Counted from the stretch's first letter, positions 7,621 through 18,381 are shown. The stretch is DNA of 64,000 nucleotides from an uncultured Acidobacteriota bacterium (GCA_963700145.1 OY969474.1:4192001-4256000), one strand, 5' to 3'. The notes: a model not told the origin generated them from the letters alone. Numbers and translations are program-made.

Positions 7621-10600
7621 ATGCGTTCCCTTCCCGCGCGCGCTTCCCTGCTGCTCTTTGGCTCGGGCTTCTGCGCCCTCGTTTACCAGACCGCCTGGCT
7701 GCGCATGCTGCGCCTGGTGTTCGGCGCCTCCACCGCCTCCTCGGCGGCGGTCCTCGCCATCTTCATGGCCGGGCTCGGCTTCGGCAGCCTCCTCCTCGGC
7801 CCGCGCGCCGACCGCAAGCCGGTGCCGCTCCTCTTCTACGCCCACCTGGAGGCCGGGATCGCCGTCGCGGCCGGGCTCTCGCCCTGGCTGATCGCCCTCG
7901 TCCGCGACTTCTACCTCGCGCTCGGCGGCAGCGCGCGGATGGGGCTCGCCGCCGGCACCGGCGTGCGGCTCGTCTTCGCGGCGCTGGTCCTCGGCGTTCC
8001 CACCTTCCTGATGGGCGGCACGCTCCCCGCCGTGGCGCGGGCGGTCGAGCGCTCAGCCGACCGCGGCCGGCGCCTGGTCGGCCTGCTCTACGCCGCCAAC
8101 ACCCTGGGCGCGGTCGCCGGCGCCGTCGTCACCACCTTCTTCGCGCTCGAGATCCTGGGGACGCGGAAGAGCATCTGGGTCGCGGCGCTCGTCAACCTGC
8201 TGGTGGCGCTCACGGCGCGGCGGATGGCGCTCGGCCCGCCGGCGCCGGAGGCCGCGGCAGCGCCGGCCGCCCCGGCGGAGCCCGCGGTCGCGCCCGCGCC
8301 GGCCCCGGTGGAGGCGGTGGCGCCGGCCGAGGTGCCGGCCGCCGAGGTGCCGTCCGAGGGCGCGGTCACCCCGGCGCGCTGGCTGGTGCCGACGGCGGCG
8401 GCGCTCGTCGGGTTCGCCTTCCTGCTCATGGAGCTGGTCTGGTACCGGATGCTGGCGCCGATCCTGGGCGGCTCCTCCTACACCTTCGGCCTCATCCTGG
8501 CGGTGGCGCTCCTGGGCATCGGCCTCGGCGGCTTCGTCTACGGCGCGCAGCCGCGCCGGCGGCGGCCGACGCTGCTCGCCTTCGCCGGCACCTGCGCGCT
8601 GGAGGCGCTCTTCCTCGTCCTGCCCTTCGCCCTGGGCGACCGGCTGGCGGTCCTCGCCGCGATCCTGCGGCCGCTCGGCAACGCCGGGTTCGCCGCCCTC
8701 GTCCTGGCCTGGGCGCTGATCACCTTCGTCGTCGTGCTGCCGGCGGCGCTGGTGGCCGGCTACCAGTTCCCGCTCCTGATCGGTCTTCTCGGCAGCGGCC
8801 GGCGGCGGGTGGGGCGCGAGGTGGGCATCACCTACGCCGCCAACACCGTCGGGGCGGTGGTGGGCTCGATCGCCGGCGGCTTCGGCCTCCTGCCGCTGCT
8901 CACCGCGCCGGGCGTCTGGCGGCTGGTCGCGGTCCTCCTCGTCGCGCTCGCCGCGCTGGCGGCGCTCGCCGACCTGCGCGCCGGCGCGCCGCACCGCGCC
9001 GCCCTCCTCCCCGCCGCCGCCGGCGCCCTCGCTCTCCTCTTCTGCGCCGCCACCGGCCCTACCGCCTTCTGGCGCCACGGCGCCATCGGCGCCGGCCGCA
9101 TGCCCACCGTCTGGGACGGCCCGAACGACCTGCGGCGCGCCATCCACGAGCGGCGCCAGGGGATGGTCTGGGAGCGCGACGGCGTCGAGAGCAGCGTCGC
9201 GCTGATGGCCGCCGACGACTACGCCTTCCTGGTCAACGGCAAGTCCGACGGCAGCGCGCGCGGCGACGCGCCGACGCAGGTGATGAGCGGCCTCGTCGGC
9301 ACCATGTTCCACCCCAACCCCCGCCGCAGCCTGGTCATCGGCCTTGGCACCGGCTCGACCGCGGGGTGGCTCGCCGAGGTGCCGACGATGGAGCGCGTGG
9401 ACGTCGTCGAGCTCGAGCCGGCGGTGCTGGACGTGGCCCGCGCCTGCGACGGCGTCAACCACCACGTCCTCTCCCACCCCAAGGTGCGGGTCGAGATCGG
9501 CGACGGGCGCGAGCTCCTGCTCACCACCGGCGAGCGCTACGACGTCATCTTCTCCGAGCCCTCGAACCCCTACCGCGCCGGCGTGGCGAGCCTCTTCACC
9601 GAGGACTTCTACCGCGCCGCCGTCGAGCGGCTGGCGCCGGGCGGCATCTTCGCGCAGTGGCTCCAGGGCTACGAGGTGGACGCGCAGCTCGTCCGCACCG
9701 TCTACGCCACCTTGGGCACGGTCTTCCCGTCGATCGAGAGCTGGCAGGTGAGCGAGGTGGATTTGCTCCTCCTCGCCAGCCGCGAGCCGCTGCGCCACGA
9801 CGTCGCGCGGGTGCGCGCCCGCGCCGCCCAGGAGCCCTACCGCAGCGCCCTCGACTGGACCTGGGGGGTCGGCGGCGCCGAGGGCTTCTACACCGGCTAC
9901 ACCGCCGCGCCCGCGCTGGCCCGCGCCCTCGGCGCCGAGGAGGGGCGCTGGCGCAACACCGACGACCGCTCGATCCTCGAGTTCGGCTTCGCCCGCAACC
10001 TCGGGCGGACCGGCCTCTTCAAGATCGCCCAGCTCCGCCAGCTGGCGCAGGCGCGCGGCGCCGGCCGCCCGCCGCTCGCCGCCGGCCGGCTGGACTGGGA
10101 CCGGCTCGACGAGCTGCGCTCCGCCCGCCTCGCCTGGTTCGGCGCCGGGCTGGCGCCGCCGGCGCCGGACGTCGAGCGGGACGCCGCGCTGCGCCAGACC
10201 GCGCGCCTGGCCTGGATCGAAGGGCGCATCGCGCGCGCCTGCGCCGCCTGGCGGCAGCAGCCGGCGGCGCCGGACTCCCACCTCGACCGCCTGCTCCTCG
10301 CCGAGTGCCTGGCGGCGGCCGGCGACGCGGCGGCGGTGCCGGCGGCCGCGGCCCTGCGCCGCCACCAGCCGCTGGAGGCCGAGCTGGTGCTCGCCGTCCT
10401 CGACCAGGCGGCCGGCCGGCCGGCGGCCGCGGGGCGGCGGCTCCTCGGCGTCGCCCGCGCCCTGCGCACCGATCCCTGGATCCACATGCAGTTCGGCGGT
10501 CGCGTGTGGCGCGTCGCCGTGCCGGTGGCGCAGGCCGACCCGGCCGTCGGGCTCGAGCTCTTCCACGCCCTCGCCAAGCCCTGGGCCGCCGGCCTCTTCG

Positions 10601-10857
10601 ACTTCCCGCGCCTGCAGCTCCGCATGGACCTGGCGCGCACCCTCCGCCGCCCCGACCTCTGCGTCGAGACCCTCGTCCCCTTCGAGCCGCATGTCCCCTG
10701 GGACCGCAGCTTCCTCACCCACCGCGCCGACTGCTACCGCAGCTTCGACCACCCCCTGGCCGCCCGCGCCGCGCGCGAGTTGGAGGAGTTCCTCGCCGCC
10801 GCCCCGCCAGAGCTGGCGGAGCGGCTGGCGATGCCTGGCGATGCGGTGCGCCGGTGA
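7621..10857 (+). CDS. Fused MFS-like membrane domain / spermidine-synthase-like SAM-fold protein with helical C-terminal extension
   Basis: SGFCALVYQTAWLR and GFAFLLMELVWYRML duplicated halves; LYAANTLG; LVIGLGTGST, VDVVELEPAV, GDGR, YDVIFSEPSNP. Confidence 0.85.
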   Translation: MRSLPARASLLLFGSGFCALVYQTAWLRMLRLVFGASTASSAAVLAIFMAGLGFGSLLLGPRADRKPVPLLFYAHLEAGIAVAAGLSPWLIALVRDFYLALGGSARMGLAAGTGVRLVFAALVLGVPTFLMGGTLPAVARAVERSADRGRRLVGLLYAANTLGAVAGAVVTTFFALEILGTRKSIWVAALVNLLVALTARRMALGPPAPEAAAAPAAPAEPAVAPAPAPVEAVAPAEVPAAEVPSEGAVTPARWLVPTAAALVGFAFLLMELVWYRMLAPILGGSSYTFGLILAVALLGIGLGGFVYGAQPRRRRPTLLAFAGTCALEALFLVLPFALGDRLAVLAAILRPLGNAGFAALVLAWALITFVVVLPAALVAGYQFPLLIGLLGSGRRRVGREVGITYAANTVGAVVGSIAGGFGLLPLLTAPGVWRLVAVLLVALAALAALADLRAGAPHRAALLPAAAGALALLFCAATGPTAFWRHGAIGAGRMPTVWDGPNDLRRAIHERRQGMVWERDGVESSVALMAADDYAFLVNGKSDGSARGDAPTQVMSGLVGTMFHPNPRRSLVIGLGTGSTAGWLAEVPTMERVDVVELEPAVLDVARACDGVNHHVLSHPKVRVEIGDGRELLLTTGERYDVIFSEPSNPYRAGVASLFTEDFYRAAVERLAPGGIFAQWLQGYEVDAQLVRTVYATLGTVFPSIESWQVSEVDLLLLASREPLRHDVARVRARAAQEPYRSALDWTWGVGGAEGFYTGYTAAPALARALGAEEGRWRNTDDRSILEFGFARNLGRTGLFKIAQLRQLAQARGAGRPPLAAGRLDWDRLDELRSARLAWFGAGLAPPAPDVERDAALRQTARLAWIEGRIARACAAWRQQPAAPDSHLDRLLLAECLAAAGDAAAVPAAAALRRHQPLEAELVLAVLDQAAGRPAAAGRRLLGVARALRTDPWIHMQFGGRVWRVAVPVAQADPAVGLELFHALAKPWAAGLFDFPRLQLRMDLARTLRRPDLCVETLVPFEPHVPWDRSFLTHRADCYRSFDHPLAARAARELEEFLAAAPPELAERLAMPGDAVRR

Positions 10858-10879
10858 GGCGGCGGGGCGGGAGGCGGGG

Positions 10880-11614
10880 TCAGTCGCGGCGGTAGTCGGC
10901 GAGGGTGGCGACGTTATCCTGCACCAGGCCGACGTCGGGGCAGTAGACCTTGACGCTCTCGTGCCCGGGCTCGAGCGGCGTCGTCTCGACGACCCGCACG
11001 CAGCTCTCGAAGGTCTCGCCGGCGGCGTCGACCTCGAGACCCATCTCGACGTGCTCGGCGCGGTCGAGGGCGACGCCCGGCGCGATCTCCTGGTAGTAGC
11101 GCGAGCCGAGGAGGAAGCGGGCGGGGATGATGATGCCGGGCTGGGCGCCGCCCACCCCCGCCTGCCACGAGCCGTCGTGGCTCACCACCTCGCCGTCCTC
11201 GTAGATGTCGACCGACTCGCCGAAGTAGAAGACGTCGTTGGTCTGGCGGCAGCGGGCGTACCAGTTGCGCGACACCTCGACGAGCTCGTTGTCGATCCAC
11301 TCGCGCTCGACGACGACGCGCGCCCGCACCGCCAGCGCCGCGCCCTCCGGGGTGACGTTGATCCACTTGGTGTTGTTCGAGACGGTGATCTCGACCTCCA
11401 CCTCCTCGCCGTCCTCCTCCCCTTCGAGCGTCAGCTGGTCGCCGGGGTTGAGGCTGAAGTAGGGGTTCGCCCGGCCGTTCGACGCGAACTCGCAGCGCTC
11501 GACGTCGAAGTCGGTGGTGAACTCCGGCTCGGGCGGCGCCGCGCCGGCGAGCGCGAAGCTCAAGAGGACGCAGAGAACGATGCCGGCACACAGGAACAGA
11601 TTGCGGGTCTTCAT
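10880..11614 (-). CDS. Secreted acidic hypothetical protein
   Basis: AAGGAG RBS, ATG 11614, signal peptide MKTRNLFLCAGIVLCVLLSFALA; NPYFSLNPG, VFYFGE, GSWQAGVGGAQPG, YYQEIAPGVALD, KVYCPDVGLV. Confidence 0.8.
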   Translation of the reverse strand: MKTRNLFLCAGIVLCVLLSFALAGAAPPEPEFTTDFDVERCEFASNGRANPYFSLNPGDQLTLEGEEDGEEVEVEITVSNNTKWINVTPEGAALAVRARVVVEREWIDNELVEVSRNWYARCRQTNDVFYFGESVDIYEDGEVVSHDGSWQAGVGGAQPGIIIPARFLLGSRYYQEIAPGVALDRAEHVEMGLEVDAAGETFESCVRVVETTPLEPGHESVKVYCPDVGLVQDNVATLADYRRD

Positions 11615-11671
11615 CGGAAGCTCCTTTCCGGGAGCGCCGTCTCCCCGGCGCCGTCCCTGCCCTTCTTGGAT

Positions 11672-11694
11672 GCGGCGCGGCGCGGAACCCTTCG
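11672..11694. repeat. 23-bp direct repeat, left copy (GCGGCGCGGCGCGGAACCCTTCG)
   Basis: Identical to 12765..12787; the two copies bracket the TA module. Confidence 0.85.
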
Positions 11695-11737
11695 ACTGCG
11701 GGCGATCCCTTTTCGGGGTGCTGTTAAACTCACCACC

Positions 11738-11977
11738 GTGGACGCACGTGACGATCTCCGCGCCGACATGCGGGCGGCTGTCGATGCCCTCGTCGAGGCG
11801 AACCGCCTTCGCTGCCTGTGGTTTCTGCGTCGCGACTACTACCCGTCCAGCGACGAGGAGCGGGAGCGGGTGCTGCTCCACATCGAGCGCCACGGCGACC
11901 GCGACGCGTACCGCCGCGCCCGCGAGCTGCGACGATGGCTCTCACCGAGCTCCAGCGCCGGATCTGCCGCCTCATAG
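11738..11977 (+). CDS. Small putative antitoxin partner of the downstream nucleotidyltransferase
   Basis: GTG 7 nt after extended -10 TGTTAAACT; RCLWFLRRDYYP...LLHIERHGDRDAYRRARELRRWL; overlaps the next gene. Confidence 0.7.
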   Translation: MDARDDLRADMRAAVDALVEANRLRCLWFLRRDYYPSSDEERERVLLHIERHGDRDAYRRARELRRWLSPSSSAGSAAS

Positions 11978-12747
11978 CCGAGAACCGGATCGCCTCCGGG
12001 GAGAGCTACGTGGCCGGCGGCACCGCCCTCGGCGTGCTCACCGGGGCAGCTCGTATCTCGCGCGACATCGACCTGTTCCACGACACCGAGGAGGCGCTGG
12101 ATTTCTCGTGGCGGGCGGACCGGCGGCTCTTGGAGCAGAGCGGCTTCTCGGTGACTCCCTTGCGCGAGCGCCCCGGGTTCGTGGAGGCGGCAGTGGGGCG
12201 CGGTGGCGATGAAGTGCTCATGGAGTGGGCGCGCGACAGCGCCTTTCGCTTCTTTCCGCTGCTGCGTCACGACGAGCTCGGCCTGACACTGCACCCCTTC
12301 GATCTCGCCACGAACAAGGTCCTTGCCCTCGTCGGCCGGCTGGAGGCGCGAGACTGGATCGACGTGATCACCAGCGACGAGAGGATCCAGCCGCTTGGAT
12401 ACCTCGCCTGGGCAGCCAGCGGCAAGGACCCTGGCTTCGGCCCGCGGGCGATCCTGGAGCAGGCGGCGCGCACGGCCCGTTATTCCGCCGCCGACGTCGA
12501 CCAGCTCGACTTCTCCGGCGAACGGCCGGATGCAGCGGTGCTCTCTCGGACCTGGCACGCGATGCTGGACGCCGCCGCCGCCGTGACCGAAGCGCTGCCG
12601 CCCGACCGCGTCGGGACGTGTGTGCTCACCGCGGAAGGAGAGCTCTGTCGTTCGCCGGCGACCGACCTCCTTCGCCGTCTCGAGCAAGGCCGCGTCGTCT
12701 TCCACGCAGGGAGCATCCGCGGCGCGTTGCCGAACATTCGCCGTTAG
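11935..12747 (+). CDS. AbiEii/AbiGii (MenT-like) nucleotidyltransferase toxin
   Basis: SYVAGGTAL, RISRDIDLF, DLATNKVLALVGRLEARDWIDV. Confidence 0.85.
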   Translation: MALTELQRRICRLIAENRIASGESYVAGGTALGVLTGAARISRDIDLFHDTEEALDFSWRADRRLLEQSGFSVTPLRERPGFVEAAVGRGGDEVLMEWARDSAFRFFPLLRHDELGLTLHPFDLATNKVLALVGRLEARDWIDVITSDERIQPLGYLAWAASGKDPGFGPRAILEQAARTARYSAADVDQLDFSGERPDAAVLSRTWHAMLDAAAAVTEALPPDRVGTCVLTAEGELCRSPATDLLRRLEQGRVVFHAGSIRGALPNIRR

Positions 12748-12764
12748 CGATGACGAATGCTGAC

Positions 12765-12787
12765 GCGGCGCGGCGCGGAACCCTTCG
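12765..12787. repeat. 23-bp direct repeat, right copy
   Basis: Identical to 11672..11694. Confidence 0.85.
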
Positions 12788-12828
12788 CGCGATACGATCC
12801 GCGCCGGAGCGGGGGTGCCGTTTTCGCC

Positions 12829-12857
12829 TTGACCACCTGCGGTCGATCCCCTAGGCT
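12829..12857 (+). promoter_or_regulatory. Putative sigma70 promoter TTGACC-N17-TAGGCT for the hbd operon
   Basis: Consensus-like hexamers with a 17-nt spacer. Confidence 0.45.
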
Positions 12858-12897
12858 CGCCAGTTCCCCGCGGCGGCGCGGGGCAGCGGGAGGTGCA

Positions 12898-13755
12898 GTG
12901 CAAGAGGTCCGCACGATCGGCGTGGTCGGCGCCGGGACGATGGGGCAGGGGATCGCGCAGGTGGCGGCGCAGAGCGGCTACGACGTCGTGCTGGTGGACG
13001 TCGCGGCGCCGGCGCTGGAGCGCGGGCGGGCGCAGATCGCCAAGGGCCTCGACCGGCTGGTCGCCAAGGGGAAGCTGGCGCAAGCGGAGCGCGACGCCGC
13101 CGGCGCGCGGATCGCCGCGCACGGCGAGCTCGGCCCCCTCGCCGCCGCCGACCTGGTCGTCGAGGCGGTCGTCGAGCGGCTGGAGGTCAAGCGGTCGGTC
13201 CTGACCGAGCTCGACCGCCTCTGCCCGCCGGCGGCGATCCTGGCCTCGAACACCAGCTCGATCTCGATCACCAAGCTGGCGGCGGCCACCGGCCGCCCCG
13301 GCAAGGTCATCGGCATGCACTTCATGAACCCCGTGCCGGTGATGCAGCTCGTGGAGGTGATCCGCGGCCTCGCCACCGACCAGGAGACCTACGACACCGT
13401 CGAGGCCGCGGCCCGGCGCATGGGCAAGACCCCGGTCGAGGTGCACGACGCTCCCGGCTTCGTGTCCAACCGGGTGCTGATGCCGATGATAAACGAGGCG
13501 GTCTTCTGCTTGCAGGAGGGCGTGGGGAAGGCGGAGGCGATCGACGAGGTGATGAAGCTGGGCATGAACCACCCGATGGGGCCGCTGGCGCTCGCCGACC
13601 TGATCGGCCTCGACGTCTGCCTCGACATCCTGCGCGTCCTCCAGCAGGGCTTCGGCGACCCCAAGTACCGCCCCTGCCCGCTGTTGGCCAAGATGGTCGA
13701 CGCCGGCCACCTCGGGCGGAAGACCGGACGCGGCTTTTATACGTACTCTGCCTGA
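12898..13755 (+). CDS. hbd: 3-hydroxybutyryl-CoA dehydrogenase
   Basis: GGAGG RBS plus GTG; [59 protein letters not shown]. Confidence 0.93.
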   Translation: MQEVRTIGVVGAGTMGQGIAQVAAQSGYDVVLVDVAAPALERGRAQIAKGLDRLVAKGKLAQAERDAAGARIAAHGELGPLAAADLVVEAVVERLEVKRSVLTELDRLCPPAAILASNTSSISITKLAAATGRPGKVIGMHFMNPVPVMQLVEVIRGLATDQETYDTVEAAARRMGKTPVEVHDAPGFVSNRVLMPMINEAVFCLQEGVGKAEAIDEVMKLGMNHPMGPLALADLIGLDVCLDILRVLQQGFGDPKYRPCPLLAKMVDAGHLGRKTGRGFYTYSA

Positions 13756-15605
13756 TGTATTGCCAGGTCTGCGGCACCCTGAACCCGGACGAAGAGGAGT
13801 TCTGCTCCCGCTGCCACCAGAAGCTGCTGGTGCTCTCGGGGGTGGCGCTCGAAGAGGACAGCTCCTACGAGGAGTCCTCCGAAGAGAGCTTCTCGTTCGA
13901 CGAGCACCTCCTCGAGCGGATCTCGATCCTCGAGGAGGCGGTCAAGCGCACCGCCGAGACCGTGCGCCAGCTCCTGGGGGCCCTGCACAAGCAGGAGCGG
14001 AACCTCCTCATCAACCAGACCGGCATGACCACCCTGCGCGAGCTCCTCGAGCAGAAGCAGGTCATCGGCTGGGACGAGTGGAACGAGCTCTGGGAGTCCA
14101 AGATGGACTACCAGCTCCTGGCGCTCGAAAAGCGCGAGCGCTTCCTCTCGATCAAGGAGCGCATCGCCGCCCTCTACCACGGCGACAAGCGGAAGGTCTT
14201 CCTGCAGCACCTGGAGGACGCCGAGTACGCGCTCTTCGCCTTCGACATCGAGCGCGCGGTGCGGGCGCTCGAAGCCGCCCACAAGCTCGACCGCGACAAC
14301 TACGAGCTGGCGTACTTCCTCGGCGAGACGCACTTCAACGAGGGGGAGCCCGACCAGGCGCTCGCCTACTTCGGGCGCGTGCTGGAGATCAAGCCCGACC
14401 ACTACGAGGGGCTGGTCTACAGCGGCGTCATCCTCTACGAGCGCGGCGAGCACGCCCGCGCCGAGGAGAGCCTGAAGCGCGCCGTCGCCCTCTACCCCGA
14501 GACCTTCCTCCCCAACTTCAGCCTCGGCGCGGTCTACGCCAGCCAGGGGAACCTGTCGAAGGCGGTGCTCTTCCTCGAGCGGGCGGTCAAGGTCGATTCG
14601 GTGCCGCAGGCGCGCTTCCTCCTGGGGAGCTGCCTCTACGAGATGGGGCGCCTGTCGCAGGCCATCGTCCACCTGCAGGAGGCGGTGCGGCTCGACCCGG
14701 CGTTCGAGGAGGCGCACCACCTGCTCGGCCTCACCTACCTCGACCGGCACTGGAACCGCAAGGCGCTCGACGCCTTCCGCCGCGCCCAGCGCTTGAACCC
14801 CAAGAAGCTCCAGTACCAGGACCTCGTGCGCTACCTCTCGGGGCAGGCCGGCGGGCCGCTGCCGCAGGTGCAGGGCGAGGCCTCCTCCTGGCTGCTCAAG
14901 GGGGAGGAGGCGATCAAGCGCGACAACCTCAAGCTCGCCTTGACCTGCTACCGGCGGGCGCTGTCGCTCGAGCCGGACAATCCGACGCTGCTCATGTCCT
15001 ACGCCCTCCTCTGCCTCCACCTCGACCGCAGCCAGGAGATCGAGCTGGTGACGCAGAAGGTGCTCGACCTGAAGCCCGGCGAGATGCTGGAGGCCACCGC
15101 CACCGCCACCCTCATCGAGTCGCTGCGCAGTCAGGGGAAGTACCGCGAGGGCAACCGCGTCGGCCGCCGCCTGCTCGACGAGGGGCGCTCGAGCTTCGCC
15201 AAGTCGATCGCCTACTACGAGATGGCTTACAACCTGGCGGAGATGGAGGAGGACCTCGACGAGGCCCTCGACTTCGCCCGCCGCGCCGTCGAGCACTCGC
15301 CCGAGGAGCTCAAGCAGTTCCCGCTCGCCGCCCTCGGCTGGGTGCACTACAAGCGCAAGGAGTTCGACAAGGCGATCGACTTCCTGTCGCGCTCGAGCGA
15401 GCTGGGGCCGACCTCGACGACGCTGACCCACCTCGGCATGGCGCTCCTCGCCTCCGGCGAGGAGGACCGGGCGCGCAACGTCCTCGCCCACGCCCGCACC
15501 CTCGGCGGCGGCCGCGGCGAGGGGCTCGAAGAGAAGATGATGGAGTGGATGAAGGACTCGACGCGCCTCCTCGAGCGCGTCCGCCGCGGGCAACGCAAGC
15601 CGTAA
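13755..15605 (+). CDS. Zinc-ribbon + coiled-coil + multi-TPR cytoplasmic protein
   Basis: MYCQVCG...FCSRC; many TPR units; TGATG overlap with hbd. Confidence 0.85.
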   Translation: MYCQVCGTLNPDEEEFCSRCHQKLLVLSGVALEEDSSYEESSEESFSFDEHLLERISILEEAVKRTAETVRQLLGALHKQERNLLINQTGMTTLRELLEQKQVIGWDEWNELWESKMDYQLLALEKRERFLSIKERIAALYHGDKRKVFLQHLEDAEYALFAFDIERAVRALEAAHKLDRDNYELAYFLGETHFNEGEPDQALAYFGRVLEIKPDHYEGLVYSGVILYERGEHARAEESLKRAVALYPETFLPNFSLGAVYASQGNLSKAVLFLERAVKVDSVPQARFLLGSCLYEMGRLSQAIVHLQEAVRLDPAFEEAHHLLGLTYLDRHWNRKALDAFRRAQRLNPKKLQYQDLVRYLSGQAGGPLPQVQGEASSWLLKGEEAIKRDNLKLALTCYRRALSLEPDNPTLLMSYALLCLHLDRSQEIELVTQKVLDLKPGEMLEATATATLIESLRSQGKYREGNRVGRRLLDEGRSSFAKSIAYYEMAYNLAEMEEDLDEALDFARRAVEHSPEELKQFPLAALGWVHYKRKEFDKAIDFLSRSSELGPTSTTLTHLGMALLASGEEDRARNVLAHARTLGGGRGEGLEEKMMEWMKDSTRLLERVRRGQRKP

Positions 15606-15697
15606 ATAGTTCGTAAAACCTCGCCGCCGGCCGGGCGCGAGCCGACACTCCCCGCCGTCGCTGCCGTACCATCGGCAGCACGCAGGGAGGACCCCTC

Positions 15698-16162
15698 ATG
15701 CCGCCCATCGAGCTCATCGTCAACCGCGAGCGCCGCACGGTGGACGTGGCGCCCGACACCCCGCTCCTCTGGGTGCTGCGCGACACGCTCGGGCTGACCG
15801 GCACCAAGTTCGGCTGCGGCCGGTCGCTCTGCGGCGCCTGCACCGTGCACGTCGGCGGCACCGCCATGCGGTCGTGCGTGACGCCGGTGGGCACGGTCGC
15901 CGGCCAGCCGATCACCACGATCGAGGGCCTCTCGGCGGACGGTACCCACCCGGTGCAGCGCGCCTGGATCGCCGAGGACGTCCCGCAGTGCGGCTACTGC
16001 CAGGCCGGCCAGATCATGACCGCGGCGGCGTTCCTCGCCCGCCAGCCGCGGCCGAGCGACGCCGAGATCGAGCAGGCGATGGACGGCAACCTCTGCCGCT
16101 GCGGCACCTACGAGCGCATCCGGCGTGCGGTGCGGCGGGCCGCCGCCGAGGCGGCGTCATGA
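15698..16162 (+). CDS. iorA: (2Fe-2S) subunit of an isoquinoline 1-oxidoreductase-like molybdoenzyme
   Basis: [36 protein letters not shown]. Confidence 0.9.
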   Translation: MPPIELIVNRERRTVDVAPDTPLLWVLRDTLGLTGTKFGCGRSLCGACTVHVGGTAMRSCVTPVGTVAGQPITTIEGLSADGTHPVQRAWIAEDVPQCGYCQAGQIMTAAAFLARQPRPSDAEIEQAMDGNLCRCGTYERIRRAVRRAAAEAAS

Positions 16163-18381
16163 GCGCCGCGGCGGCGCAGGCGAGCGGGCTCGACCGCCGG
16201 CAGTTCCTCCGCGTCAGCGGCACCGTCGCGGGCGGCCTGCTGATCAGCTTCGGCGGCGCGCTGGAGGCCCTGGCCGCCGCCGCCGAGGAGGCAGCGCCGC
16301 CGGCCTCCTTCGCCCCCAACGGCTATCTGCGCATCGACGCCGACGGCACGGTCACGCTCTGGGCGCGCAACCCGGAGATGGGGCAGGGCGTGCGCACCTC
16401 GCTGCCGCTGCTGATCGCCGAGGAGCTGGAGGTGGACCTGGCCGCCGTGCGCATCGAGCAGGCATCGCTCGACCCGCAGCGCTTCGGCGGCCAGGGCGCC
16501 GGCGGCAGCACCAGCGTCTGGGAGGACGGCTGGGAGCCGATGCGGCAGGCGGGCGCGACGGCGCGCGTCCTGCTGGTCGCCGCCGCCGCCCAGGCCTGGG
16601 GCGTCGAGCCCGCGAGCTGCGAGGCGCGGCAGGGCGCCGTGCATCACCCGGCCACCGGCCGGCGCCTGAGCTACGGCGAGCTGGCGGCGCGCGCCGCGGC
16701 GCTGCCGGTGCCGGCCACCGCTCCCGTCAAGGACCCGCGGACCTTCCGACAGGTGGGAACGCGGGTGCCGAGCGTGGACCTCCACGACATCGTCACCGGC
16801 CGCATCCGCTACGGCCTCGACGTACGGGTGCCGGGCATGCTCTACGCGTCGATCGCCAAGTGCCCGGTCTTCGCCGGCAAGGTGCGCTCCTTCGACGCGC
16901 GCGCGGCACTGGCCGTGCCCGGCGTGCGCCGCGTCGTCGCGATCGAGGGCCACGAGAACCCGACGATCCTCCAGCCGGGCGTGGCGGTGGTGGCCGAGAC
17001 GACGTGGGCGGCCTTCCAGGGGGCCGCGGTCCTGCGCGTCGAGTGGGACGAGGGGCCCTTCCGCGACGAGAGCTCGGCGAGCCTGGCGGCGCAGATGGAC
17101 GAGCTGCTGGCCAAGCCCGGCACCCTGGTGGCGGCGGACGGCGACGCGGCGGCGGCGCTGGCCGGGGCGGCGCGGGTCGTCGAGGCCGTCTACGACCTGC
17201 CGTTCCTCGCCCACGCGACCCTCGAGCCGCACAACTGCACGGCGCACGTGCGCGACGGCCGCTGCGACGTCTGGGGCCCGGTGCAGATGCCCGGCGGCGC
17301 GCGGCGGGCGGTGGCGGCGGCGACCGGCCTGGCGGCGGAGGCCGTGGCGGTGCATCCGTCGCGGCTCGGCGGCGGCTTCGGGCGGCGCCTGATGTCCGAC
17401 TACGCGGCCGAGGCGGCTCGGGTCTCGCAGCTCGTCGGGGCGCCGGTCATGGTGGTCGCCGACCGGCCCCAGGACATGCAGCACGACTACTACCGGACGG
17501 CGGCGCGCCACCGGCTGCGCGGCGGGCTCGACGAGAGCGGGCGGCTGGTCGCCTGGGCGCACCACCTGACGAGCGCCTCGCGCTACGCCTACCGCCGCGA
17601 GACCGGCGGCCCCGAGCGCAGCGAGGTGCTGCCCGACGACTTCCCGCGCCGGCTGGTGCCGGCCTATCGGCTGGAGTGGAGCGGGCTCTCGACCGGCGTG
17701 CCGGTGGGGGCGTGGCGCGCCCCGCGCCACAACAACGAGGCCTTCGCGGTGGAGTGCTTCGTCGACGAGCTGGCGCAAGCGGCCGGCCGCGACCCGCTCG
17801 CGTTCCGGCTGGCGATTCTGGGCGAGACGCGCGAGCTGCCGTACGAGGACCACGGCGGGCCCGGCTGGTCGCCGGCCCGGCTGCGCCGGGTGCTCGAGCT
17901 GGCGGCCGAGAAGGCGGGGTGGGGGAGCCCGCTGCCCGCGGGCCGCGGCCGCGGCATCGCCGGCCACTTCACCTTCGGCTCCTACTGCGCCGAGGTGGCG
18001 GAGGTGACCGTCGACGCCGCCGGGCGCCTGCGCGTCGACCGCGTCGTCGCCGCCGTCGACTGCGGCTTCCCGGTCAACCTCTCGGGCATCGAGGCCCAGA
18101 CCGAGGGCGGCATCCTCGACGGCCTCTCGGCGACCCTCTACGGCGAGATCACGATCGACCGCGGCCGCGCGGTCGAGAGCACCTTCCAGGACTACCCGCT
18201 CTTGCGCATCGGCGAGGCGCCGCGGATCGAGGTCCACGTCGTGCCCTCGACCGAGCCGCCGCACGGCATGGGCGAGCTGGCGCTGCCGCCGCTCGGGCCC
18301 GCGGTCGCCAACGCGCTCTTCGCCGCCACCGGGCAGCGCGTCCGGCGCCTGCCGCTGCGCCGCGCCGGCCTCGTCGCCTGA
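16159..18381 (+). CDS. iorB: Molybdopterin-binding subunit (IorB family) with Tat signal
   Basis: ATGA overlap; DRRQFLR Tat motif; [42 protein letters not shown]. Confidence 0.88.
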   Translation: MSAAAAQASGLDRRQFLRVSGTVAGGLLISFGGALEALAAAAEEAAPPASFAPNGYLRIDADGTVTLWARNPEMGQGVRTSLPLLIAEELEVDLAAVRIEQASLDPQRFGGQGAGGSTSVWEDGWEPMRQAGATARVLLVAAAAQAWGVEPASCEARQGAVHHPATGRRLSYGELAARAAALPVPATAPVKDPRTFRQVGTRVPSVDLHDIVTGRIRYGLDVRVPGMLYASIAKCPVFAGKVRSFDARAALAVPGVRRVVAIEGHENPTILQPGVAVVAETTWAAFQGAAVLRVEWDEGPFRDESSASLAAQMDELLAKPGTLVAADGDAAAALAGAARVVEAVYDLPFLAHATLEPHNCTAHVRDGRCDVWGPVQMPGGARRAVAAATGLAAEAVAVHPSRLGGGFGRRLMSDYAAEAARVSQLVGAPVMVVADRPQDMQHDYYRTAARHRLRGGLDESGRLVAWAHHLTSASRYAYRRETGGPERSEVLPDDFPRRLVPAYRLEWSGLSTGVPVGAWRAPRHNNEAFAVECFVDELAQAAGRDPLAFRLAILGETRELPYEDHGGPGWSPARLRRVLELAAEKAGWGSPLPAGRGRGIAGHFTFGSYCAEVAEVTVDAAGRLRVDRVVAAVDCGFPVNLSGIEAQTEGGILDGLSATLYGEITIDRGRAVESTFQDYPLLRIGEAPRIEVHVVPSTEPPHGMGELALPPLGPAVANALFAATGQRVRRLPLRRAGLVA

